Source of the DNA: Amphiscolops sp. MND2022
Taxonomy: Eukaryota
DNA: 64,000 nt
NCBI GenBank assembly: GCA_964187785.1
Contig: OZ076409.1
Coordinates: forward strand, 6,388,001-6,452,000
Reading direction: 5' to 3'
Positions within the stretch are counted from its first letter, which is position 1, and each line of letters starts with the position of its first letter. A program made the translations under genes and the position numbers. Positions 50,192 through 61,798 of the stretch are shown piece after piece. Below the pieces are notes generated by a model. That model saw only the letters and a list, made by a program, of their open reading frames with translations, was not told the origin of the DNA and ran no database searches.

Positions 50192-50282
50192 TCACTAAGC
50201 AAATTCACTAAGAGCATGATGTTTTAAGTGTAACTTATTTGCTTAGTGACAAAAAAATGCTCTTAGTGAATTTGCTTAGTGA
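50192..50282. promoter_or_regulatory. Intergenic perfect 26-bp inverted repeat
   Basis: TCACTAAGCAAATTCACTAAGAGCAT (50192-50217) / ATGCTCTTAGTGAATTTGCTTAGTGA (50257-50282). Confidence 0.8.
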
Positions 50283-50333
50283 ATTTACTAAGAAAATTAC
50301 TAAGAAATCAAACCCATTTTTTGGGTACTTATT

Positions 50334-51360
50334 TCATTTTAAACTATTTGCGATGCCAGCTTTACCGTAACTAATTGCTTGTTCCATTATTATATTTTTA
50401 AAATCTTCTTTAGGTTTGTCTGAAATTAATGGTTGTTGCATTCTATCGAAGTAATTGTCTATGATGGATTCATTCACTTTTATTTTATTTTGTTTACAAT
50501 AATAAACATAATAAAAAGCTACATTAAAAGGTGTTATTTCAATTGTTTGATCTGACATCTCTTCTAAAAACACCTTGAGTTGGTTGTATTCTTCACCTGT
50601 AAAGAAATAACTTTCATATTTTACATAATCCTCAGGACTCCATTTATGTTTAGTTGTATCATATACTACTTGATACTTTTGATTGAGTATTTTATACTTT
50701 TGTGATCTAGTGTCAAATTCATTTACACCAAATTCTAATTGGTCACGATATTGTGTCCAATTAAGTTGTTTGATACTATAACAACTCATCATTGTTTCGA
50801 AAAATGTATCTGGATTATTTATTGTGATAAATAACTTAAAACAATTTTCTCTAACAACAGGTAGAACATCCTTTGCATAATGTGCAAGATAAATAACTTG
50901 TATATTATGATGTCTTCCAAACCGGAATAAGTCTTCTACTTTTATTTTGAGTTGCTTGTAAGCACCCGCATCATCTAAAATGATTGTTTTACCAGCAAGT
51001 GATTCAACGTTAATATTTTCTAACTGCAACAATTGTATAAATCTACCCGGGAATTCGGCTTAATCTCTACCGAATACTATAAAATCGTTTTTAGTTTGAT
51101 CTAAATAATACTTCAGGAAACTAGTCTTACCTGATCCACTAGTACCATACACCAAAAAATGACATTTAGTATTTGTGATTGGTTTGACTTGTGGCTCGTC
51201 TTTTGGTTGATCAGTTAGATGGGACTTTTTAAATCCCTTGAATTGTTTTAGTTTTTGGTATAATTTTTCGTAATGTCTAGGTCTAATATAATACCAATAA
51301 ATATATAAAACTATAATAAAGATTACACATAATAAAACCTATATAAAATTTTTTATTCAT
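50334..51360 (-). pseudogene. A32/FtsK-like ATPase #1 with N-terminal hydrophobic anchor
   Basis: VLLCVIFIIVLYIYWYYIRPR; Walker A LVYGTSGSGKTS; Walker B IILDDAG; FRFGRHHNIQVIYLAH..LPVVREN; stops and a frameshift upstream of 51032. Confidence 0.8.
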
Positions 51361-51374
51361 TTATTAAGAAATAA

Positions 51375-52229
51375 ATGAAAGAAAAGAAGAAAGAAATTGC
51401 TAAAGAAATATTCTCTCCTGTAATCAAGAAGTTTCAAAGAATTCAAATACAAACTCACTATAAAGATGAGTGTTGGAGTAATGATCTGATAGACAGGTCT
51501 AGCTTATCAAAATAAAACAAAAACTACAAGTTCATTTTTACAATAATTGACAATCATACCAAATATGCATGGGCGATTCCTCTCAAAGATAAGTCAGGAA
51601 AAAGTACAACAACTGCATTTAAAAGTCTTATTGAAAAAGCAAAAAGAAAACCTGATAAAATATGGAGTGATAGAGGTAAAGAGTTTTATAAAAAAACATT
51701 TTTGGATTTTCTGAAAAAGCAAAACATTCAAATTTATTCAACTAATTCAGATTTAAAAGCTGTTTTTGTTGAACGCTTCAATAGAACATTATTAGATCTT
51801 ATCAAAGAACCCATATACATTGAAGGGAAAGCTTGTTGGTTGAATCATCTGGATGCTGCTTTACAAAAGCATAACAATCGTGTCCATGGTACAACAAAAA
51901 TGACACCTTTTGAAGCTAATAAAAAACCAATAGACCCACCTACCTTTGGTAATAAACCGAAACAACCCAAATTTCAAGTGGGAGATTATGTAAGAGTTCC
52001 TGACAAAAGGAACATTTATTCAAAAGGTTATACACTAAATTGGAATAGAGAACTTTTTAAAATACATAAAATTAATCCAACTAACCCAGTTACGTAAGGT
52101 TTAGTAGATGAAAACAACGAACAAATAGAAGGAAAATATTATGAACAAGAACTTTTAAGAAGTATACTCAACTTTAAATCTAACAACAAAACGTTAGAAA
52201 GTATGAATATTTTCCACCAATATGAGTAA
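51375..52229 (+). pseudogene. int: Retroviral-like (rve) DDE integrase of the Maverick
   Basis: WSNDLID..IIDNHTKYAWAIPLKDK..WSDRGKEFY..VERFNRTL..FQVGDYVRV..KGYTLNW; one frame with two internal TAA. Confidence 0.92.
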
Positions 52230-52246
52230 TTATATTTAAATAAATA

Positions 52247-52967
52247 ATGTCAATTCATAAATTTGGTTATAGTGCCGAAAGCTTACAAAAAGATAAGATT
52301 GAGAATCTTGAAAAAGAATTCGAATCAAAAACCAAATTATTTAATATAAAACTTATTGATATGCAAAGCACCATAAATGGTATTTCTGACAAATTAGAAA
52401 ACTTTGAAAACCTACAAAGTGTACAAGAAATTAATTTTGATGATGGTGAAACCAAGGTAGTAGTCAATGCAAAGTTATTCTTAGACATAAATAAAAATAT
52501 AGAAGACTTGAAAATCAACCTGAAATACTTAGAACAAGATGTTAAAAATAAAATATTAGAGAAGAAGAAAGAAATTATTTCGGAAGCAGTCAAACAAGTC
52601 AATGAACAGCAAGTCATTTTACGTAATCACTTCGAACGAAATATTTTTTTAGAATTGGAAAACTGTAAAAATCAAACAGTCAAAGATACTATTCAATTTC
52701 TATACAACAAAGGATTGTTTGACTCATTGGAAAATAAAGACCAAATCTTTAATGAGTACTTTTTTTAGTGATGAATACTTGTTGAAAAAATACGGAAAAG
52801 AAATACAAACATCAGATTGTGTGTATTCTTTATCAGATTTAGACTATTCAACGCGAGAAGATATTTTGAAGTGCTTAAAAATAGATGAATACAAAGATGT
52901 TGTTGATCTTAATTATAGAATGAAACTAACCGATACTGAGATAAATTTCATACTTTTTGAAGAGTGA
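52247..52967 (+). CDS. Maverick hypothetical coiled-coil protein(s) (ORFs 52247-52768 and 52719-52967, likely one frameshifted gene)
   Basis: Overlapping ORFs meet at a T7 run; E/K/L-rich. Confidence 0.5.
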
Positions 52968-53033
52968 ATACTTGTAATAAATTGTGAAATTTAAACTAAA
53001 TACTTTATAAAACCAAGTTTTTTTTTAAATTAA

Positions 53034-53580
53034 ATGAATGAAAAATTGTACCCTTGTTTACAACAAGATCAGAATCTTGATCTTAGATTAAAAGAAATAA
53101 ATAGTTTTTATAATTCAATTCAAAATATAAAAGATATTCAAAATTTTTATAATCATGAAGCTGAAAAGTATAAGAAGAAACTAAAATATATAAAATTATG
53201 AACGGTTTAATTCAATCTATTGATGGAGTTTCAGTACTAGCAGTATCATCAACATGTGTCACGTTGAGTGTCACAGAAGTTGGACTTGTTGTTGTACCTA
53301 TAGCAAGTGGTATAGGTGCAGGTTTATGTATATTTAGTAAAATTGCTGGAGAGTATCTGAAAAGAAAAGAACAACTCATAATAAAAAATATACTCTTGCT
53401 GGTAGAACATTACATGATTTCTGTAAATTACATTCAAAATGTTTAGAAGACAATAAAATTGATCTTAATGAATACAACAAATGAAAACACACTTACGAGG
53501 TGTATAAAAACAATAAAACTAAACTAAATTCTGAGTTTACTTTTTTAGGAGAAATTTATTTTGCAAAAATAATATAAATA
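53034..53580 (+). pseudogene. Maverick small membrane protein (frameshifted)
   Basis: TAAATG start; hydrophobic GVSVLAVSSTCVTLSVTEVGLVVVPIASGIGAGLCIFS; downstream SKCLEDNKIDLNEY. The 3' end is approximate. Confidence 0.55.
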
Positions 53581-53621
53581 TAAATTTTATATCATCATCA
53601 TGAATATTTATTCTTTTATAA

Positions 53622-54840
53622 ATGGAATTATATTCATTGAAAAATATGGATAAACCTATTCATAAAATTGATTTTATTAAATACTCACCTAGTAGTTTAG
53701 CTACAATCAACAACAATAATTCAAATATTTCCATCATCTTCCCAAGAGAAGATGCATATATTTGTTTACAAAACTCATTTATATCAATAGAAATTGAAGT
53801 TCTTGAAAATGATGATACAAGATATGCAGATGGTGATCAAATAAGCTTGGTCAACTTTGGACCCGTTGCTTTATTTAGTGAAGCTAAGTTAACTACTAGT
53901 TCGGGCAAGCATTTAGAAAAAGTTGATAATCTACACCCAATTTAATTGATGTATAAACTTTTAACATCTAATCTTCAAACAAGTCAATTGATGTATGGGT
54001 TTGAAGAATCACAAGCAACTAGAAGACAAGAACTAACAAATAATAAAACAGAGAAAGGAACCTTTTTTGTGAGAATAAAATTAACTGATATTTTTGGATT
54101 CGCTGATCAAGAAAAAATAACTTATGGATTGGGTTAGTCTCACATTAAAACGTAATAATAATAATGATCCTATTATCAGGGACAATGGTGTGGATGCTGC
54201 AAAAATAAATATAAAAGACATCTCCTGGTAAATTCCACACTACACACCATCAATGGAAAACCAACAACTCGTGATGGATCAAATATTAGACAAAGATCCA
54301 TCTGAAATATATTACATGGAACGGATTGTATTTAGAAAAGATGTTAACACGAATAATAATTGGGCATTTGAATTAGGCAGCAGTGGAGAATCGACACCAA
54401 GTTTTATAATTGTTGGATTTCAAGCTAGAAATAAAGTTGATTCACAAACACATGATAATGCAACATTTGACAGACTTCCAATTAGTAGTGGTGTTTGTAA
54501 AATAGGATCAGAAAAATATCCCGATGATGGAATAGAATGTGATTATGATAGAGATAAAGATGATCAAGCATATAATGAAATTGAAAACTTTTATTTGTTA
54601 AAAAGTGAAACTAATCTACTCAATCCATTCATTGATTTGCACAAATTCAGAACAAATTATAATTTTTATGTATTTGATTTATCCAAACAAAAAGATACTA
54701 TTGCGAGTCAACCTATTAGATTAGAATTTAAATTTAATGCTGCCATTGATGTAGCAGATTATATAGCTTATGCCCTAGTCCTAGCACCTAAACTGATAAG
54801 TATCAGTAGTGATGGACAAAGGCTTTTTGATTTATTATAA
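53622..54840 (+). pseudogene. Major capsid protein (double jelly-roll, hexon-like), interrupted
   Basis: ~400 codons in 3 pieces: IHKIDFIKYSPSS..ISIIFPREDAYICLQNSFISIEIEV..ALFSEAKL; PSFIIVGFQ..IGSEKYP..FYVFDLSKQ..IRLEFKF. Beta-rich; position and size fit a Maverick MCP. Confidence 0.8.
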
Positions 54841-55155
54841 GCAAAGCTCTTTCAGTAAATAATTATAATATATAAAATAAAATTGATTTTATTATAAAAA
54901 ATTGATTTTATTATATAAAATTGATTTTATTATGTAAATTTATAATTTAATGATATCAGAGATTCCGTATAAAAAAATATATTAAATAAATTTATAAAAT
55001 AATATTTATATTTTTATAAAATAAATATAATTATAAAACATGTGCTCGATCACTTATCAACTTCACAAGTTGTTGATGGGTTAGATTTTCTTTTTGGTAC
55101 CAAATTTTCAAATAAACTTCTTCATCTGTTTTCTTGCTACCATTATCATTTATAG

Positions 55156-58100
55156 TTAAATCTTATGATACAAACCAATTAATTTCAAACAATATATACA
55201 AGGACAATCACCTTTTTGTGTGTGTTTATCCCATGGTAAACTTTGTATTGGATTTATATACAAACGTTTACCGTCAAAAGGATTCAAACACAACTTAGGT
55301 TGTTTTTCAACTGTAAGGTTGTGTAAATTAGACCTGATTGATATATTTGTAGAAGTTGATGTTTCTGAATTAAACAATGAATTCTGATATTCTTCACATT
55401 TGGGAGCTTTTTGTAATCCTTTTTGTTTCGCTTCTTGAATGATACTATTGTAACTAAAAGAATATGACTTTGATCGCAATGCTGTGAAGGTATCTAACAC
55501 CAAAACTGGACTTGTTTCAATTTTCATTTTTCCTTCAACTTTTCTGTTAATAGGATCATATAATTCATGAGATTTGTGTATTTCACTGAAATCAAATTCA
55601 TCTTTGTTTTCTTGTAAAAAGTTTATTAGTTCTTGGTGGTTTGTATCAAAACACAGAATAAAACTATCAGTGTCCATGTAGTGTAGTTGTATGGATTGTT
55701 TCCAATATGGTTGTAAATTGTTATAATAAAATTCATACATTAATAGTTTTGATAGTTCTAAAACTGTAAAACCTAAATAAATTGGTTTATCAAAGACTGT
55801 TTTTTCTTTATCAAACTTGTACACACTAAATTAGAATAATGATCCACAATGCCTTTGAAACTTAACTTGGATTGTCTTTTTATTATTTGATCTGTTTGAG
55901 AATGATCAATGAATTCTAGATTGGTTCTATCTCTTACATTTTCTATTGTCTTGCCGAAGAAAGCATTGTTCATTAAATTATAAAGATCTTTTTCAAAGTT
56001 TGTTTTCGCTACTGTGCGTTTCTGAGTAATATGATCGATATATTTACCTAACCATGGACTTTGCTTGAAGCGGTAGATTGTATGTATCTTCGTTACTTTC
56101 ATCCCTTGGTTAAGATAAAACTTAAACATTCTATAATGTATCATATATTTCGATTTATTGGTTACATCACACATAAGTTTTGATGTTGGTTTGTAATTAG
56201 GTTGATTCACACTATTCATATATCCTGAGAATAAGTCTGGATCTGCTTTTGTTTGATGCGGACAAAAAGGAAAGTTTTTTGTTTTTTCTTTAATTTCAAC
56301 AGGATATTCTGAATCACATTCTATGAAGTAACCATATTCATTATCATCAGGTATTTGTAACAAATCCTCTACTAATTGATCTTGTGAGTAGTTTTCTGGA
56401 AGTTGGAGTTTTTTGAATTCACCTGTAGGAAGATATTGACTCATTGCCCATTCATATAGATTTTTTGCATCAATGTATAAGATTTGTGTATTTTCATCAG
56501 ATTGCACGTGACGATCACCCATAACACTTGAAATTCCTCCACGGATATTATTTTCAAGTAGTAGCAGTGGGTTTTTATCTTTTATGAAGTCTAAGTTTAT
56601 ATCAATCAACTTCAAACCTGCTTTCCATGTATAACCAGGTAGAGAGTAACTATACAAAGGATTAAATTTATATTCTCGTGTAGAATTTTCCACAAAGTTT
56701 TCAAATACATCAGCTAATTGAAGAACATCCATTTTCAAGTATAACATAGTTAATTCTTGTCCGTTTTTTATATTATTTTTATCAATTAATTCTTGGGTTC
56801 TTTTTATATCATCATCTGATGGATAAAATTGTGTTAATGTTAACCAATAATCTTCTTTGGTTAGATTTAATGGTTCCTGAAAGTTATCAAGATTTAAGTA
56901 TTCATATGGATAAGCTAATTTCTTTTTGAATAAATCATCACTCATTCCTTCCAATTTCATGATAGGAAAATTGTCTAAACTCTTAACTAATTTATCTAAA
57001 CTGGAAGAAAGAAATCGGTATGAATCTAAGAATCTCAAACAACCTACTTGTACACTAACATAATTTTCCAGTGATTTTGGAATTATCGTTGGGTTATAAT
57101 TTTGATTGTATGCTTCGGTTAAAAGTTCTTCAAATATAAGATGACAATCATACCCAGAAAAGTTATGGAAAAATATAGGAACAAAACTTGATGACCTTTG
57201 TTTACAATTTATGTTACATATATAATGAGCTGCTCCTCTGTAATTTCCTGTTAGATGATCATGATCTCTAACCTTAGTACACAAAGCGCCTTCGGTATTA
57301 TCGAGTGAATTTTCACAAAGCCAGCATATGGTGGATTGTTGAAATGATTCTTCTTCTTCAGGAGTTATTTGTAATTCTAAGTTTGTTTTAAAATATTTAT
57401 TTGCTTCTAGTTCTAATTTTAACATTTCCTTTACAAACCACTTGGTACAATCTGTTCCAAAGTATGAGCTGTACCTGTTTCCAAATGGTGAAGTTGCATA
57501 AAATCCTACTGCAATTGGAATTTGTTTAAATAATACATTAGGGATGTTTTGAGGTTGATTAATACATTCAAAATCTGCATATACTCTAATAGGTAAAGGT
57601 ATTTTCATGTGGTGGTCTTCAAATTTTAGATGATCTTTATAACTGAAACTGATTTTAGTTGGTTGTTGTTTTATACATCTTTCCATATGATCAATTAGAA
57701 CTGGTTGTGAACTAAATGCTGTTAAACATCTTCTACACACCCATCGCATGTGTGAATCTTTATTTATTAGACAATGCAACCTTGTTATTAGACAATAGTG
57801 ATTCTCATACAATAACAAATCTCTTTGTGGTTGTAAGTGTTTTTTGTTAACGTGGATTGGTGTTAAAACATTTCCAGTGAGTTCAAATACATTTATGTTT
57901 AAATTATTTAGGTTTTCGAACTTGGGAATATCTTTAACTTTCATAGGGAACTCTAATCCTTTCAGGTTGAGTTTATTTAAATGAATAATATATTTTGATA
58001 TTCTATCTTTATGATTCTCAACTGGATACAACTGGGCTGAAATACACCATAAAAAACAAAATTGATCATTATTCTTTATATTTATAATTGATTTACTATC

Positions 58101-58802
58101 CCTATTTTTTCCTGGTAACTCAACCCATGAACTAGCTTGGATATCATTAACTTTATATATTTCTAAAATAACTTCTTCTATTTCTTGAAACACAAAACCT
58201 GATCCTTCTAATTGTTCATCATCTAATTTCTGCATTATTGTGTTATGAGTATCTGGTTGTATATTGTTTTACCTTAGATCTGATTTTGTCCATCTTTTAA
58301 ATACAGCTTCTTCTTCTCCATTACCGAATGTAACTGTTTTTATAAATTTAGCTAAATAACTCAATTGATATTTATATCGAGGAAAATAATTTTTATTTAA
58401 TACTTTATTTATGTTATGTTCAAGATTTTCAGTAGGATTTACTTTCAATTTAATGTATGTATTTTCATTCATAATTATTTCTACTCCATTACCGAAGGTG
58501 CTTTGTATATTGTTTTGTTGACGGTTTCGACGGTTTTGTAAATGATTTTCACTTTGGAAATGTCCTGTTTTATCAGATATATATCTATTACAATCTTCAC
58601 ACCAAACACGTCGTTGTTCGGTTTTATTTTTATGTTCATCTGAATTTAGATGAGAACTTTTTTCTGATAAGGGCATATATGAATTACATTTTTTACAATA
58701 ATATTGATTTAATTTTTCATGATGTTTTACTGATTTATAATGATCAGATTTGAAACATTTTTTATAATTTGAATTACAAATTCTACAATTTTCCATTTCC
58801 AT
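55156..58802 (-). pseudogene. polB: Protein-primed family B DNA polymerase with N-terminal zinc fingers and an endonuclease-VII-like insert
   Basis: CRIC..H..SVKH-type fingers; VYADFE; CWLC..VRDHDHLTGNYRGAAHYICN; FHNFSGYD; FLDSYRF; LYIDAKNLYEWAM; LMNNAFFGKT; YMDTDS. Frameshifts near 58260 and 55830. Confidence 0.95.
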
Positions 58803-60040
58803 TTATTAAAGAAATAATAGTTCAATTAATATTTTTCAATATGTCTTTTTAAAAAAAATGGATTTTTTTTTATTTTTCTCACCTGTGGGTTCAAGATGAG
58901 AAAAATTGTTAGTTACAAAAGTTGTTCATATTTTGGATGTCTCCAATTTTATTCACTGACTTTTCACGGTAGGACCAACCAGTCGTGAGAAAAATGAGAA
59001 AAACCCATCTTTCACACCTGTTTTCTCACCTGGTAATCAGTGGGTCCAAGATACAGAAAACTTTCTCCCGGAAAAAAAGTTTGTCTTGTTATTGTCTATA
59101 ACTTTGATTTTCTGCGTCGGCATTGTAGGATGTTTCAGTTTCGAGGAAAATGAAAAAAAAACAATTTTCACACCTGTTGGGGCAGGTGGTAATCAGTGGG
59201 TTTTCAGTAACGAGCTGAAATTTGGTGGGGAGACTTGTTTTCTGACGCCCTACATTTTTGTTCCTATTATGCTAAAACTAACGGTTGAGTCAGTTCCTTT
59301 GATCTTGCAAGTTTCAAGGTCAACCCTGATCTCAACACCTGTTCGGGTCACATACAAGCTAAGCATACCATAAGAAAGATCATATATGAGAGTGGTCCTA
59401 ATTTACAACTGTTACTAGTCTTACTCCAACCATTTTCGAGAAAATTGGAAAAAAACCTGTTCTTCACACCTGTTTTGACACCTGGTAATTAGTGGGTTGA
59501 TTCTACAAAAAACCCTCAGTAACAAATTTTGTGTAACTTTTGATTTTCTACAAGTTTAATTCTGATGTTTTTCTCAAAAACGATTTTCCGTTAAGATATT
59601 GAACAATTTAACTTTTCCCATGTATTAAGATTAGGAATAAAAACTTTCTATATATAGATTTAAAATTTTTTCCGAGATATTTGTATCGGTTTTTTTGAGT
59701 TTCAGATTTTTATATCGGTTTTTTCATTTGTCTCGGAAAATTTATATGTCTCGAAAAATTCAACAAGTGACGTTCCACTTGATGTTATTTCAATACCATA
59801 TGTTTCCACTTGAATGCTACTTTCATTCCAAAAATTTTTGCTTCACTAATTTTCTCTCTTACCATACACACAGCAGAGCTGGCTTTGCATACCGAAGGCA
59901 CGTCGCATATTGCACCATAGAGGTTAGTGAATTTTTGCTTCATGGCAAAATGTTTATTAAAAAAATTGCTCATTGATTTTTATTTTGTTAATTTTTTAGT
60001 TGCAAAAAAGGCCATTTTTAATGGATTTGCCTTGAAAATA

Positions 60041-60152
60041 TGTTATTTTTTAACAGTTAGTTGTGAAAAAAACGTTGATTTTAAAAAAAATTAATTAACA
60101 ATTTTAAAAAATATATATTTGACTGGCCCGAATCGGGAATTCGTATACAACT
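60041..60152 (-). repeat. Maverick right TIR
   Basis: ...GACTGGCCCGAATCGGGAATTCGTATACAACT followed by the CATGAA TSD. Confidence 0.9.
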
Positions 60153-61315
60153 CATGAAGACAGAGATATTGGAAGCTCAGTTCGACCTTGTCGAACAGAG
60201 ACACTCAGTTTGTTCATGCTTCCCGAGGAAAGCAAGCGTCCACTTCCTGTATGAGTTGGGACTCAGCTTCCCTTCGCCTTCAATTCCCACCTTCCAAGAC
60301 GCCGAAGCTGAACTTGGCCGTGAAACCATCTGGGGTGATTCATTAAGCACTTTTGTGAGGGAGAATGAGATGAAAGTCATGACAACCTATTTTCCTCGAA
60401 TTTTTAAAAATATATCACAAAACTAGAAACGGATCTTTTTCACTGGATCTTTAGGATATTGGGGATAAGAAATTTGCAACGACACAAATCCCGGTCTCAG
60501 ACCAAAGTCTGGGTCGTGAGAACAACTAATTATTGTTTCCACGTGGCCATAAGTACAAACAGCACACAATCAACGTTATAGTCTAAGAACTAGTTATTAG
60601 CTATTTAAATTTTGTTAGATCACAACACAACTTAACATCAACACAGCAATTCATTTTCACAATGAACCTAATATTTTCTTTTCTTAGTGCTTGTCCTGGG
60701 CCGTACTACACAAAGGTTGTATTTCCCAAGAAAAACATTCAAAGATTTGTAACAACTACATTTCCAGCATCGTTTTTACAATCATTCAAATGCAATAAAT
60801 AAGTTCACATGTATACAATTGTTCCAACAATACCACATTTGTGGTTCAATTTCACTACAACGAACAATTCAAGTTGAGGCCGCTTTCGAAGTCGGCGTCT
60901 CAATTCTTATTTTTGAGGCCACTTGCAAGGCCGTAGGGCTCCCGCATCATATCTCAGGCCGTTAGTCGGGCCGTGTTTTTCAACTATTGGTAATTGTATA
61001 GAGCTTTTTCAAGATTTGATATAGATCCCTGCTTGTTGCTGTCAATCTGTATAAAAATACGCACTCGTTAACTAGTTATCATTATTAAGTACTATTATAA
61101 AAGTTTAGCACCGTTGTTTCAAAAGTAGTAGGATAATTAATGGTAACATATTTCCGTTTTCTTTCCTTCAATCTTTCCTTTCTGTTTCACTTTTCCTTCT
61201 ACGTAGACTGAGCTTGATCTGTGACAAAATTCACAGCTCAGCTGGGGCAGTGAAACCAGGGACTGTAGTAACGTCTGAAAAAGACTGTTCTACAGGTACT
61301 AGTACCCGATTTTTC

Positions 61316-61798
61316 TTGATTTCAGCGTTATCCAGTAGCAAAAATCGCAACATGAGTCTTGGTCTCATTTACGAAAATGTGCCTGTGGTGCCCCAACTTA
61401 CGAGCTGAATGTGGATGTTGCTAAATATTCGTATATTCGTTATGAACATGATCATTGTACTTTATTGCGATTTCATGTCTACTTTGACGATTTTAAGGGT
61501 TATTCCCATGTTGCCCTGAATGGCGAAATTAACACTGTTTCTTCTTGGGATGCTAATAAAGGCTGTCTAAACGGTGTAGCTGAAAAAACAAAATCAAGAT
61601 GCCGTTACTGATAGCAGTTACAGACTGGGATAGGTCGACAAGCGCTCGTTAGAAGTGGAATCCTCTCCTAATGGGACATGTTTTACCGTGAAGACGAAAT
61701 GGGTTTCTGGCGATGGGTGCCTGCCCAGGGCCAATGCCCTTGCCATAATTTCCTCCTTCTTCATAGACGGAGAGCGAAGATTATTGCTTGTCGTTACA
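61316..61798. mobile_element. 3' part of an LTR-like repeat (family of 5459-6227)
   Basis: Collinear with ~5717-6227 (tgtgcctgtggtgcc, gagctgaatgtggatgttgc, ggctgtctaa, gcttgtcgttaca end). Confidence 0.65.

Larger units (their letters stand above)
45551..60152. mobile_element. Maverick/Polinton (adintovirus-like endogenous dsDNA virus), 14.6 kb, decayed
   Basis: Termini AGTAGTATACGAATTCCCGATTCGGGCCAGTC and its reverse complement (1 mismatch); CATGAA TSD at 45545-45550 and 60153-60158; pPolB, rve integrase, capsids, protease, ATPases. Confidence 0.97.
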
